Source: Chlorokybus atmophyticus (lineage: Eukaryota; Plantae; Mesostigma and Chlorokybus algae). From it: DNA of 64,000 nucleotides. Positions within the stretch are counted from its first letter, which is position 1. Every line of letters starts with the position of its first letter. Of this stretch, positions 39,402-50,732 are shown piece by piece. Under the pieces are notes generated by a model. The model ran no database searches. It worked only from the letters and a program-made list of their open reading frames with translations, and had not been told where the DNA came from. The DNA lies in the NCBI GenBank assembly GCA_009103225.1, contig RHPI01003762.1, positions 124,001 through 188,000 on the forward strand. Direction: 5' to 3'. The position numbers and the translations under genes were made by a program.

Positions 39402-39620
39402 TGTTGACTTACAGTGTCACCCTCTTTGCTCAAGTAAGTGTAGTTGCAGGCTGTACAACAGCATCGCAATCTGTAGTTGTACACATCACAGTGCAGTGTT
39501 GTCACCGTCATCGCATAGCGCGCACAAGCGCTAGTGTGTTGGGTGATAGCAGCACTGGAGATCCCATTGTAGAGCACAAACACTCTACCCTTCATCCACT
39601 TTCACCATCGCATCAGCTGT

Positions 39621-42600
39621 ATGAGCAGGCCCACCCCTTTCTCGCCAATAGAAGAAGGGGACCTCAACAGCTGGAGCCCAACCTCCAACCTTACCTACGA
39701 GCGCGCAAGTGAAGGGAGCGATTACCGTAGCAGCAGAGGCTCACGCCCCGTCTCCGGCTTCACCTCCTCTCACTCCACTCCTCGTCAACGAGCATCTCCA
39801 CCACCGTCGGACAGTGACGACGAAGAGATGGAGCCTTTCAGCTCAACTAACTCCCTACGCTTCTCCGGACGCCCTGGCACCACCTCACTTGACGAGTTCA
39901 TCATCAAGTTCCACTCCAAGATGCGGCAGCAGACCCTCAAGAGCAAGGACTGGACAGATGAGGTATCGTTTCATGTGTCCGCTTAATACCTTAATCACGA
40001 AGCACATAATGTGTGGAAGTCCGCCGCTGAGTTGCACAGGATTGATGGCTATGGCGAGTTGGCCAGCACAATAGCCGCCACATCACTGCACAGCCCATCG
40101 GTTACTGTCCCTGTAGCAGCGGCCCCGCCCACTTCAGTCACGGGTCTCACTCTAGCTGCAGCCATGGAGAAGGCAGAGAATGAAGAAGTTGAGGTGGTAG
40201 TGGCCTCATTGACTCCTGCAGAGATCGAAAGCAAGAAGGCCGAGCGCCGGATCAGGATACTCAACCGCACCGCTGCCATCATCAGGGAGCAACAAGAGGA
40301 GCAGCAAGCTGCAGCATTGGAGATGGGTACGCCCCTTCTACCAACACCGAACTCGCGTGCTCCAGCGGGAGGCAGTGTTTTCACCCTCGGTTCAGTGGCA
40401 TTGCGTGCACCCGCGCTCACGGTGGGCGCGGCCATGTCGAACTCCCCGTCGAAGGACCTCTACGCCGCACTCCGGCGCACCTTCCCACCTCAAACCAACA
40501 GTAAGGTGGAGGAGTTGAGGTGTTTTCGACGGAAGCCCCACGAGGACCCTCTCCGACTGTATTCACGGTTGGAAGGGTTGCTTAAAGACACTGACTACAA
40601 GATCGTCAGTGAGGAGGCGGCAGCAGTGGTGTATGTGGCCGAGTTGGATCCCACCCTGAGTGAGTCAACGCGCCTGACGCTGAACTACAGCAGGCCCCTC
40701 GGCTACACCCTCAAGGAAGCTTTCGAGACTGCACAAGCCATCCATAAGCGTGCAGTGTATGAGAAAGCGGTGCTGGACACCAACCGCAGTGCCTCACGGC
40801 CTGTGGCAGGCACAAGTGCGGAGCCTCTTCGGCGGGACCGCAGCCGCGAGCCGCAAGGCATCCATTACAAGGATAAACGGTCAGCTCATGCTGCCCTTGT
40901 GGCTCCAGTGCTGTGCCACCGGTGTGGTCGACATGGCCACTACCAAAAAGAGTGCACCGAAGATTACGGCAACCTTGTGTGCGACCACTGCCACAAGACG
41001 GGACACTTGGAGACAGTATGCTGGCTCAAATTCTCTGAGCTGCGGCCCTCTACTGGCTACAACCACGGCAACAACGCTGTTGGCTACCGCGGCAACAACG
41101 GGGGCTACAACAACAGCAACCACGCTGGCGGCTACAACAACAGCAACAACGCTGGTGGTCGCAACAACGGCAACAACGCTGGTGGCCACAGCCCCAACAA
41201 CAACAACAACGCTGGCGCCCGCAAGGAAGAAGCTGGCTATAAAGGAAAAAACCGCCCTCCACAGCACAAAGGACTTGAGGGACGTCCTCGCGCTGGAGCT
41301 GCTGCTGTAAAGGCACCAACTAATCCATTGGCTATTGACCAAGTGGCAGCCCTGATGGCGCGCGTGGCACAGCTAGAGGAGAACAAGGAGCAGGACTATC
41401 AAGCATGCTATGCTGCTAGGTGGGCACTGATGGCACCGAAACGGGATAGGGACACTCCCACGCCGTCACGCGTACAACCATCCAGACGGGCGCGCAGGGA
41501 AGCTGGCGCGTCGTCAACAGCGGCATCGTCGGACGCCACAAGTGGTGCTGCCTCGGCAGCCACAACCACCGCTGGGACGACGCCGTCGACGACACCGTCG
41601 GCGTCCACACCGACCACGACAGCAGGTGTCAGCACCCTTGGCACCACGCTGTCCCCGGTGATGGGGAGCACCCACGCCGCAACAACCATGGTCGTTGCGT
41701 TCGTAAGTGGTGAATCCACCACTCCTGCCTCCATCGAAGCGCCCACATCAACCGCAACTGCTGCCACCCTCACAGCCGCCACCTCAGTAACGACGACTGC
41801 TGCAGGTGCCACCACCATCGCCTCCAGTAGTGCTGCCATACCCACTGCACCACTTCTTGAGGGACGAACGGCACCGCCACCAGCGTTGGACGTCACACAG
41901 CAAGTGCCACGCGGGCCACAAACAGAGCGCGCCTGGGTGTCGGTTCTACGCAACGTGGAACCCACCACCATTGCGTACGGACCAGGGGGGCAACGCACCA
42001 CGCGCGTGGCACGCGATGATCGCATCTTGTCCCTACCACCTCCAGAGTACTACACGCTGCCGGAACCCACACAACAACAGCTGGAGGGTGAAATCCTCGC
42101 CGGCACTGCATCAGAGATGAGGGATCGTCTGTTTGGGGTCACCTACCGACGACCTGCGGTATTCGAGCTGGCCATCCAGTTGTTCCTGGCGTTACACGCA
42201 CGATTGCAGAACGCACCCAGTCAAACGCAGCAACCCATGCCCGCTCAACAGATCAACTTGGAGCCCTCACCACTGGACCCACTCGGCCTCCAGCGACACA
42301 AACTGCAAGACCTCGTGGTCACCATGTCTGACATCGCGCTGGGCGCTGATCCCGCTCTCGGAGGGCTCACTCCAGGCAGTCGTCAAGAGCGTTTCTCTGC
42401 ACTCGAACAGGCCCATCGTTATCGAATGGACCAAGCTGCTCAAGTGAACGCGCGCCGACAAGCGTACGAAGCAGCACACACCGTTATCGTACCGACCGGA
42501 GCGCCAGCAAATGTCGCCAGCGCCTCTACGGCGCTGACCACAGCGTACTCCACGGCAACCGCCATCGAGCAGCCGGGACACGCAACTGTTGCAGACTAAG

Positions 42601-45600
42601 CGAGGGCGTTGGCGCAACAATTGAGGGGGGTAATCGCCCCGCTGCTGCCTCTTTTGGTCGAAGACATGCCTGAGGATCAACGCGATGCAGGGCGAGGGTA
42701 CCTCACCCCGCAAGGGGACACCACACAGCGAGGAGGAGCTGGTATGGTGGGGGAGCAACAACTCTGTACCGCACTCATCCGGCAAGCAGTCATGTTGCAC
42801 AGGCCTGAGGGCAACACATTAAGACAGATGATGGGGATGCAAGAAGGCAGCGCCGCTCGAGCCCGTCTCGTGACATGGCTCGTTGCCAATCACCCTGCTG
42901 TCCCCATGTTTGCCTTTGGCAACCGAGCATCATGGTTGGGGGCATTTGTTCGTTCGCTGCGACAAGCATACGACGAGGCTGCCACCACAGCCCCGGACAC
43001 GCTGGAGGGAGTGCAAGAGGCAATAATGCGGCTGCCAGGGGTGGAAGCCGCACGGCAACGGCGGCGCATCGCCATTGCTCATGAGCTACACGCACAGCAG
43101 ACTGACCTCCAGCGCACCCTACGCGCTCGCGCCATGACCGTGCTTGATGTGGGAGTGGTACAAGGAAGGTGGGATGCCTACATGGCAGGGATCTTGCGAG
43201 TCCCCACCATCACTCACGACATGCGGCGACAGCTACTACGCGCCGTATACCTGCAGCCTATGCCTCAATATCATCATTAGACCGACACGGTCACCGAGCC
43301 CACGGCCACGTGGGAAGGGACATTGGTCGGAGAAGCGGCTCATGCTGTTCGATGGACGTACGCCGCGGAGCAAGCTGAACGCGAGGCAGGCCCACAAACA
43401 CCGGGTCCGCCAGGGTTTCCTCCACAACCATTGGGTACACCCGCGGGCATGATTCCAGCTTCGCAGAGGCGTCATCCACCTGCGCCGCCACCACAACCAG
43501 CGCCGGAACCTCCAGCACCGAGGCCCCCCCGTGTCTACCAACCACCACGACAAGGTCGGTTCGGCAGAGGGAGAGGGCAAGGAGGGGGTTCTCCGGACCC
43601 AGCAGGCAGAGGAGCTCTGGCTGCCATGCGCTCAGCACCGCCAGCTGAGACAACTGAGTCAGAGGTACAGACACCTCGTATGAAGAGGCTGCGTATCGAC
43701 GCCAATGCTGCCATGGTGGCCAACCAAGGCAAGCACGTTACCATCAACGATCTGGCACCCAAGCGAGTAATGTTGGACACCGGAGCACAGCCTGTCATCA
43801 TTGGGCGCTTCCTCGCGCGGTCCCTAGGCATAACCAGCTCCGACTTGATGCCTTGCCCGTATGTGTTAGACACTGCCACAGGTAGCCGAGATAAGGTGAT
43901 GGGAGTCACCAGGGAGGCCTTTTGCATTCGGTTGACAGGGCTGGACCCAACCCACACGACCGAGTTCGTCCAGCAATGTGTGGTCACCAATGCCGGCTCC
44001 TTCGACTTTCTGCTTGGGCAGGACTTCAACTTCCCTGTGGGCATGGGCCTCGACTACCGGACAGAGCGAGCGTGGTTTCGGCCACATTGGGATGAGGATG
44101 ACGGAGAGGTACAGGGTTTCCTGCCTCTCGAGTTGGTCTCGCGCACGCGCGCCCAACGCAAAATGGTTGCCATGGCCACACGCAGCCACGCCCGCACCCG
44201 GAAGGCTGTAATGGCCACATACGACGGCGCTCGGACGCAAGTCGCTGCTGGTGCCACGGCCCCGTGTGGAACCGGCGACTCCTCTCCCATCTCGTACAAC
44301 GAGGAGCAGGAGGATGCCACCATGGAAGTAGCATTACAAGACCCAGCTGAACGGCGCTGGCGCGCACAGGTGGACGCACACATCTTGCTCAGCCATCCAC
44401 TGATCACCACGCGCTTCCCAAACTACCGAAGCCACGTCAAGGTGCAGGACCGCCATATGGTGGCCACCGGAGTGGTGGAGTTCCACACCTTTCGCAGGCA
44501 ACAGGGCATCACACTGTTGGAGCTGTTTGGAGGCATTGGCAGTGGTCTTGCTGCGGTTCTCAACACAGGCGTGAAGGTTGTCCGATACTATTATTGCGAC
44601 CCAGACCCACACGCGCAAACGGTCCTCAAGCACCACTTACGCCAACTGCACGCCAGATATCCACGTCAACTACCCCTCTCGGCGTTGCAAGGCAGCCTCA
44701 AAGCATTGCCACAGGACATCCGGCTGATCACTGAAGATCACCTACTGTCCCTCGGCAACGTCGACCTGTTAATAGCTGGATGGGAATGTCAAGGGCACTC
44801 CAGGGCAGGCAAGGGGCAAGGCCTCGAAAACCCTCGCTCCGGGCTGTTCTGGGAGCTGATGAGAATCATCCACCTCCTTCAACACCACTAGATCTCCAGA
44901 CCCCTGGGGTACGTCATCGAAAATGTGCATTCAGAGGACGACAAGCGTCCGCACGTGGCCTCCAGCTACCAACAAGTTTGCTCCATTCTGGGGCACCCAC
45001 TCAAGGTGAACGCGGCACGACATGGCTCGCGCGCACATCGTGTACGTGCCAAACGGACAAACTTGGCCACCGTGGAGGAACTCGTGACCGCCGAATACAC
45101 ACGCAGCGCTCGGCCGCGCAACATGCTGGTCGACAACATCCTTGACCCCGGCCGCACAGCACAACCTGTCCTGCGTCATGACCACAACCACTTCTACCCG
45201 TGCAATCAGCCCGGTCAGCCCCGTCGCGCCCTCCCAACATTGGTGTTCTACCCGGGCTGCTACGCATTTCGGAACGGTGGTGACGGGATGGTGTTCGATA
45301 CAACCACCAACAGGCTGGAAGAACCCAACGCACGCGAACGTGAACGCGCCATGGGATTCTTCCCCAACAGCATCACGGGCTCATCGCTGACGGACAGTCA
45401 GCAATGCCAGCTGCTTGGTCGCGCCATGGACCAAAACAGCATGGTATGGCTGCTGGAGCTGAGCTTCGCGTTGCAGGACCGCCACGTGTCCTTCGAGGAT
45501 CTCGAACACTTGGCTGGGGGGTGGGCTGATCGCGTGGCCGACACCAAGGCAGCTCACACAGCCCTCGAGGTGATCCATTTGGAGGAGCAAGCAGCAGTGA

Positions 45601-48600
45601 CATGGCATTGACCCGTTGGCCACAGAAGACACTCGCGAGAAGCTGGAGGCTCTCCTCAACCAATGGAGGAGCCAATTCAGCTTCAATGTGAAGGAATTGG
45701 GTACATGCTCAGTGTACCAGATGGACATCGAGCTGGTGGACACTGAGCCGGTGTTCCGACGACAATACAGGCTCTCCAAGTTGGAAGAAGACTTGGTGGA
45801 ACAGAGATGTAAGGCGCTGCTGGATGCAGGCCTTATCGAAGAGTCCACATCGGACTTCGCAGCAGCAACCGTCATGCCACTGAAGAAGGATTCAGCAGGC
45901 AACTGGACAGAGCGACGCATGTGCGGCGACTATCGCCCCCTCAACAAGACCAAGCAAGACCGGTACCCCATGCCCACAGCAGAGGGTATTTTTTATGATG
46001 TGGGAGACTGCACAGTCTTCAGCATCCTGGACATGCGTCAGGGGTACAACCAAATCGCCATCAAGGACGAGGACAAGCACAAGACCTCCTTCTGGGGCAA
46101 CCGACAGTTGTACCAATGGAAGGTAATGCCGTTCGGGCTGAAGAATGCCCCCGCCAAGTTTCAACGCGTCATGGACAAAGCCTTGAAGGGGCTGGACTGC
46201 GCGCGGTGCTACATCGATGACATCCTCATCTTCAGCCGCAGCAACGAGGAGCATCTTCAACACATCGAAGCGGTGCTAAAACGACTCAAGGGAGTGGGGA
46301 TGACCGTACACCCCGACAAGTGTATCTTCTTCACCCACAAGGTGCCATACTTAGGGCACATGATTGTGCCCCATGGTGTGTATGTGCAGCAGGCAAAAGT
46401 AGAGGCTCTGGCAGCTATCCCTGCCCCGACAGACCTCACACGCCTGCGCGCTTTCTTGAGACTTGCCAACTACTATCGCCGGTTCGTGAAGGACTTCGCA
46501 AAGATCGCAAGGCCCCTCAACGAGCTACTGAAGAAGGAGGTGGACTTCGCGTGGAAGGAGCCGCAACAGCAGGCCTTCGAGGAGCCGAAGAGCAGACTCA
46601 CCAGCGCTCCCATCCTTCAACGTCCGGACTACGCCAAGCCTTTCATCCTTCACACCGACTGGAGCAAGCTGGGGATGGGAGCGGTGCTGGTGCAGCACGA
46701 TGAGAACAAGAAGGAGCGGGTGGTGTCATACGCCAGCCGAAGCAACAACAGCGCCGAGGCCAACTACAGCAGCTACGAAGGGGAGTGCCTCGCTGCAGTG
46801 TGGAGTGTGGGCCATCTCCTTCTTCCAACTTTTCCTCTTTGGTCGACAGTTCCAACTGATCACCGATCATCAGCCCCTCAAGTGGCTGATGACCAACCAA
46901 CATCTGACAGGGAAACTTGCTCGATGGGCCATGCTGTTACAGGAATACGACTTCGAGATTGACCACCGCGCTGGCCTCACCAACTAAGACGCCGATGGCC
47001 TCAGTCGCAACCCTCACCTCAGCACCAACGACGCAACTGGAGCGCGGCATGAGCTCATCTCGGCAGCAACAGCCCCCACCATGGCAGCCGTGTTTGCTGC
47101 TGCCGCGTTGCGCTGAGGGCGCAAGACCAACACCACGGCCTCAGTAGCGGTAGAGGCGATTCCTGCCCTTGAGTCTACCGACCCTGCGGCAACCACACCC
47201 TTGGAAGACGCCCACGCAGCCGACATTGATGTCGGTGACACAGAGCTGGCGCCCACCGACACCAGGCAGGCCATATGGCATGACAAGCCGTCACTCTCCT
47301 TCCTTCAAAGTGGCCATCTTCCCTCCGGCATGAGCGTTCGAGAGAAGGACCGGGTCAACCAACGCACCCGTCACTATCGATGGGCAGGTGACAATCTGTA
47401 TCGCCGCTTCCACGACGAAGACAAGGAAGTGCTGACACCAGTCACGCGCGCGGGCATCATCACTTCCCTCCACACTGAGCTTGGACACTTCGGTGTCAAG
47501 CGTACAGTCAGCCTGGTGAGGGCACAATATTGGTGGTATGGATTCACAAAACAGGTGCGAAGGTTCGTCAGCCACTGCCAGCAGTGTGACATGGTGCGCG
47601 CCAGCCTCAACACGCGTAGCGCCACCTTGCACCCACTTCCCATCTCCGGTCTCTTTTACCGATGGGGACTCGACATCTTGGGGGACTTGGCACCCTCGGC
47701 ACGTGGCAACCGTTACATCCTGATCATGATCGAGCACTTCTCCAAATGGGTGGAGCTGGTGCCATTGCCCGACAAGAGCAGCAGGGGGGTGTCTCAAGCC
47801 TTCCTCTCTCACGTTCTCAGCCGTTCGGCAGCTGCGCCGAGGTCATCACTGACCAAGGTACTGAGTTCAGAGGGGAATTCGACACCCTCTTGGACAAATG
47901 TTACATCGACCACCGCCGTACCTCGCGTGATCACCCTCAAGCCGACGGCCTCGCCGAACGTACAGTACAGACCATCAAGAAGGCACTCCGCAAATACGTG
48001 CTGGAGTACGAGAAGAACACTTGGGATGACCACCTCCCGTGGGTGGCCCTTGGATATCAATTGTCAAAGCAGGCGGCTCTGCGGGAGTACAGCCCGTACT
48101 ACCTGCTGTTCGGGCGACCACCAATGCTCCCCTTCCGTGCGCAGCAGGAGGTGCATCGCGTCGTGAACAACCTCGACGACCCTGACTGGATGCACCACGA
48201 CATCACCACGCGCGCCGCGCTTTTCGAGCGCACCGTCCCCATGGCCTTCAACAACCTGCGCATCGCGCAGCATCGCGACACGCTGCGCTACGAGCGTGTA
48301 CGCAGCGGCTTCTACAAGGAGCGCCAACGGCGGTTCCAAGCGGGGGACTTTGCCTATCGCATGGCAGCCACCAAAGACACACTTGACACCTCCGTAGGCC
48401 GCACCGTCTACAAGGTACTCAAAGTGTACCCCACAGGGGTGCTGGACCTCCTTGGTCAGAATAGAGAGAGGTTGAAGGACAATATGGTGAACTGTGCGCC
48501 ATGTCACCTTCCTTACGTGGCCGGCTTCGGGCGTATCCAGCACCCTCGTCCCGCGCGCAGCACACGCTGTGAACACTGCGGCAGCGCTGGCGACGACGCA

Positions 48601-48741
48601 CTCATGATGCTCTGCGATGGCTGCAACCAAGGCCTGCATTGCTACTGCCTGGAGCCACCTTTGGACACGATACACCTATGGAAGAATATTGGTGCGACGA
48701 CTGCCGTACCAACGGCCCTCCTTACTTGCGTTAGCAGCTGA
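39621..48741 (+). pseudogene. Gag-(unknown domain)-protease-DNMT-RT-RNaseH-integrase-PHD polyprotein, disrupted
   Basis: Zn knuckles CHRCGRHGHYQKEC and CDHCHKTGHLETVC; RVMLDTGAQP (PR); DNMT motifs; RMCGDYRPLN, PFGLKNAPAKFQ, CYIDDILIF (RT); HTDWSKLGMG (RH); HTELGH..CQQC, WGLDILG, VITDQG, GLAERT (IN); C-terminal PHD. 40011-45611 is one frame with three stops (42597, 43278, 44889); later frameshifts follow. Confidence 0.92.
44500..45480 (+). pseudogene. C5 cytosine DNA methyltransferase domain inside the polyprotein (element A)
   Basis: Motif I ITLLELFGGIGSG; IV VDLLIAGWECQGHSRAG; VI YVIENV; VIII HRVR; IX/X ERERAMGF...QLLGRAM; one internal stop at 44889. Confidence 0.88.
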
Positions 48742-48784
48742 GCTCTGGAGCTGGAACCTTCCCGAGAGCCCAAGGGGGGTGGCT

Positions 48785-49857
48785 TGTTGACGTTGTATGC
48801 TACAGCACAGCATGTTCTTAGGGAGAACACCGACTCCATCTGCCCGTACTACCCAGCAGCAGCACACCAGCTGCACGAAGCACTTGTCACCATGAGGGTG
48901 GAGGTCATCTTTCTGTTTTTGCTACGCGTTACACAGGTGGCGCAGCAGCATGTCCAGCACAGCATGGCTGTCCATGCAGCTGTCCGAGACAGCGTGACCC
49001 TCGACTCCCCTCGACCCGACAGCTGTCATGCTTATCGCCCAAGCATGCCAGTCATCATCGGGCATGCCTACAGCGAGACCCTCGCCCGGCTTACCAGCAT
49101 GGCAACCCGCGCGCGTCTCTGACCAGTAGGTAGGTCATGTCTCGAGAGTAGCTCGTGACCATAGCCTACATAGGCACCGCGCGTAGCTGTTCAGTTGTGA
49201 GTTCAGTTATAAGTCAGGTTCTATATCGAGTGGGAATTTCCTGTGGAAATAGCCTCGATATGACCGTTAGCTTATGTTCTGAACAGTCATGAGTTGACTT
49301 GTATAAGTAGGCACAGTGTTCACCGGATCAGCTGGTGACACTGTAAGTGAGAAAGCTAAGAGCTTGTGAAGCGACTTGAACTACGAAACACACCGTCCTG
49401 GTTTCCAAGAATCCCCTCATCGTGTGAGAGCCTGTGCATGTTCTTGTGCACTGTGCTTGTCCGTGCTGTGAGCTTTGTGTACTTGGTCGCGGTGTGCTTG
49501 TTGGCATCAGTCAGGGCATAGCATCCACGTGTTGCTTGTTCATTCACCTCACTTAACAGTGTAATTTCTCTTCCACTCACGCAAAGAACTGTGTAAACAG
49601 CACTACCTATCGTAGTGGCTTGTTGACGTTGTATGCTACAGCACAGCATGTTCTTAGGGAGAACACCGACTCCATCTGCCCGTACTACCCAGCAGCAGCA
49701 CACCAGCTGCACGAAGCACTTGTCACCATGAGGGTGGAGGTCATCTTTCTGTTTTTGCTACGCGTTACACAGGTGGCGCAGCAGCATATCCAGCACAGCA
49801 TGGCTGTCCATGCAGCTGTCCGAGTCAGCGTGACCCTCGACTCCCTCCGACCCGACA
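48785..49857 (+). repeat. 3-prime repeat block R2-GC-R1-R2 of element A
   Basis: R2 48785-49021, GC 49022-49023, R1 49024-49620, R2 49621-49857. Confidence 0.95.
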
Positions 49858-50732
49858 TTGTGCAGCGGCAGTGGCGGCGGTGATAGTGGCGGCGGCGGCA
49901 ACGGCTAACAGTAAGCAAGTTTGCTTGGTGCTGTAACGTTATGTTATGCGCAACAGCGCATGCAGCCTAACCGCCCTTCTAATCTAAGGGCGGCTAGGCC
50001 AGGCCAGGCCAGGCCAGGCTAGGCTAGGTCAGGCCAGGCGGCGGCGGTGGTATATGGCAAGCAACAACATGTGTATGTAAGTTGTCACACTGTGAGCATT
50101 GGTGTGGATGTTGTTGTTGATGGCGCTGATGTGATTGACTTGTGCTTGCAGGAGCGGCGGTGGACAAGGAGCGGCGGCGGAGGTGGAGCGCAGGAGCGGC
50201 AGCTTAGTATAGGACCTTGGATTAGGGTGGTAGTAGTAGTAGTAGTAGCAGCAGCAGTAGTAGCCGCTCACAGTAGTTCGTGTTGTAGCATAATACAAAT
50301 ACGACTTGCAACGCATGTAATATATTACTTTATGATTATATTGCATCATTGTTGACGACACTCGCGTGAGGTATTCAATCATGACTGAACGGTACCCAAC
50401 AGGTACCTTTGAAGGTACCCTTCAGTAACGACAGGTACCATGAGGTACCTGTCAGTTACAACTAATTAGTGTACAGTCGCCGGTACCCAACTATTAGATA
50501 CTGGTTAGTTACTTGTCAGTTAGGGTAAGTCCGTTTTGCTGGACTGATGGGTATCCTACAAGTACCTGTCAGTTAGAGTTAGTCCCTTTATGCAGACGAT
50601 CGTCAACGGATGGTAACGGCTGCTATGCTCAGGCCCTTGTATCGAGATCGCTAGCAGACTGAACAACAACAGTATGACTAGAGTATCCTCACATCCACGA
50701 CCGTCCTATATATTTAGTCGGCCGTCTGGGGT

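Larger units (their letters stand above)
38805..49857 (+). mobile_element. DNMT- and PHD-bearing Ty3/Gypsy-type retrotransposon with permuted (split) terminal repeats, element A
   Basis: Starts TGTCA and ends CGACA; 4-bp TSD TTGT (38801-38804, 49858-49861); repeats R1 38805-39401 and 49024-49620 (597 bp each), R2 48785-49021 and 49621-49857 (237 bp each); PPT AAGGGGGG before the first R2. Confidence 0.92.

Noticed and set aside
39137-39595. ORFs repeated in R1/R2 (also 48784-49122, 49356-49883)
   Set aside because: They fall in terminal repeats and have no motifs; the diverged repeats of element B show no matching protein.
41050-41215. Asn/Gly tandem repeat (AACAACGCTGGTGG) resembling an array
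   Set aside because: Coding low-complexity linker in Gag; no constant repeat-spacer period, so not CRISPR-like.
42597-46987. RIP-like or DNMT-driven CpA mutation suggested by CAA/CAG-to-stop changes
   Set aside because: Gln-to-stop transitions are the expected commonest nonsense class; too few events and no dinucleotide statistics.
38805-49857. Classifying element A as DIRS/Ngaro because of split repeats
   Set aside because: It has a Ty3/Gypsy RT, a DDE integrase, a PPT, TG..CA ends and a 4-bp TSD, and no tyrosine recombinase.
48785-49857. R2-R1-R2 block as an assembly duplication
   Set aside because: The copies differ at several positions, the TSD matches the outer ends, and a diverged second element shows the same layout.
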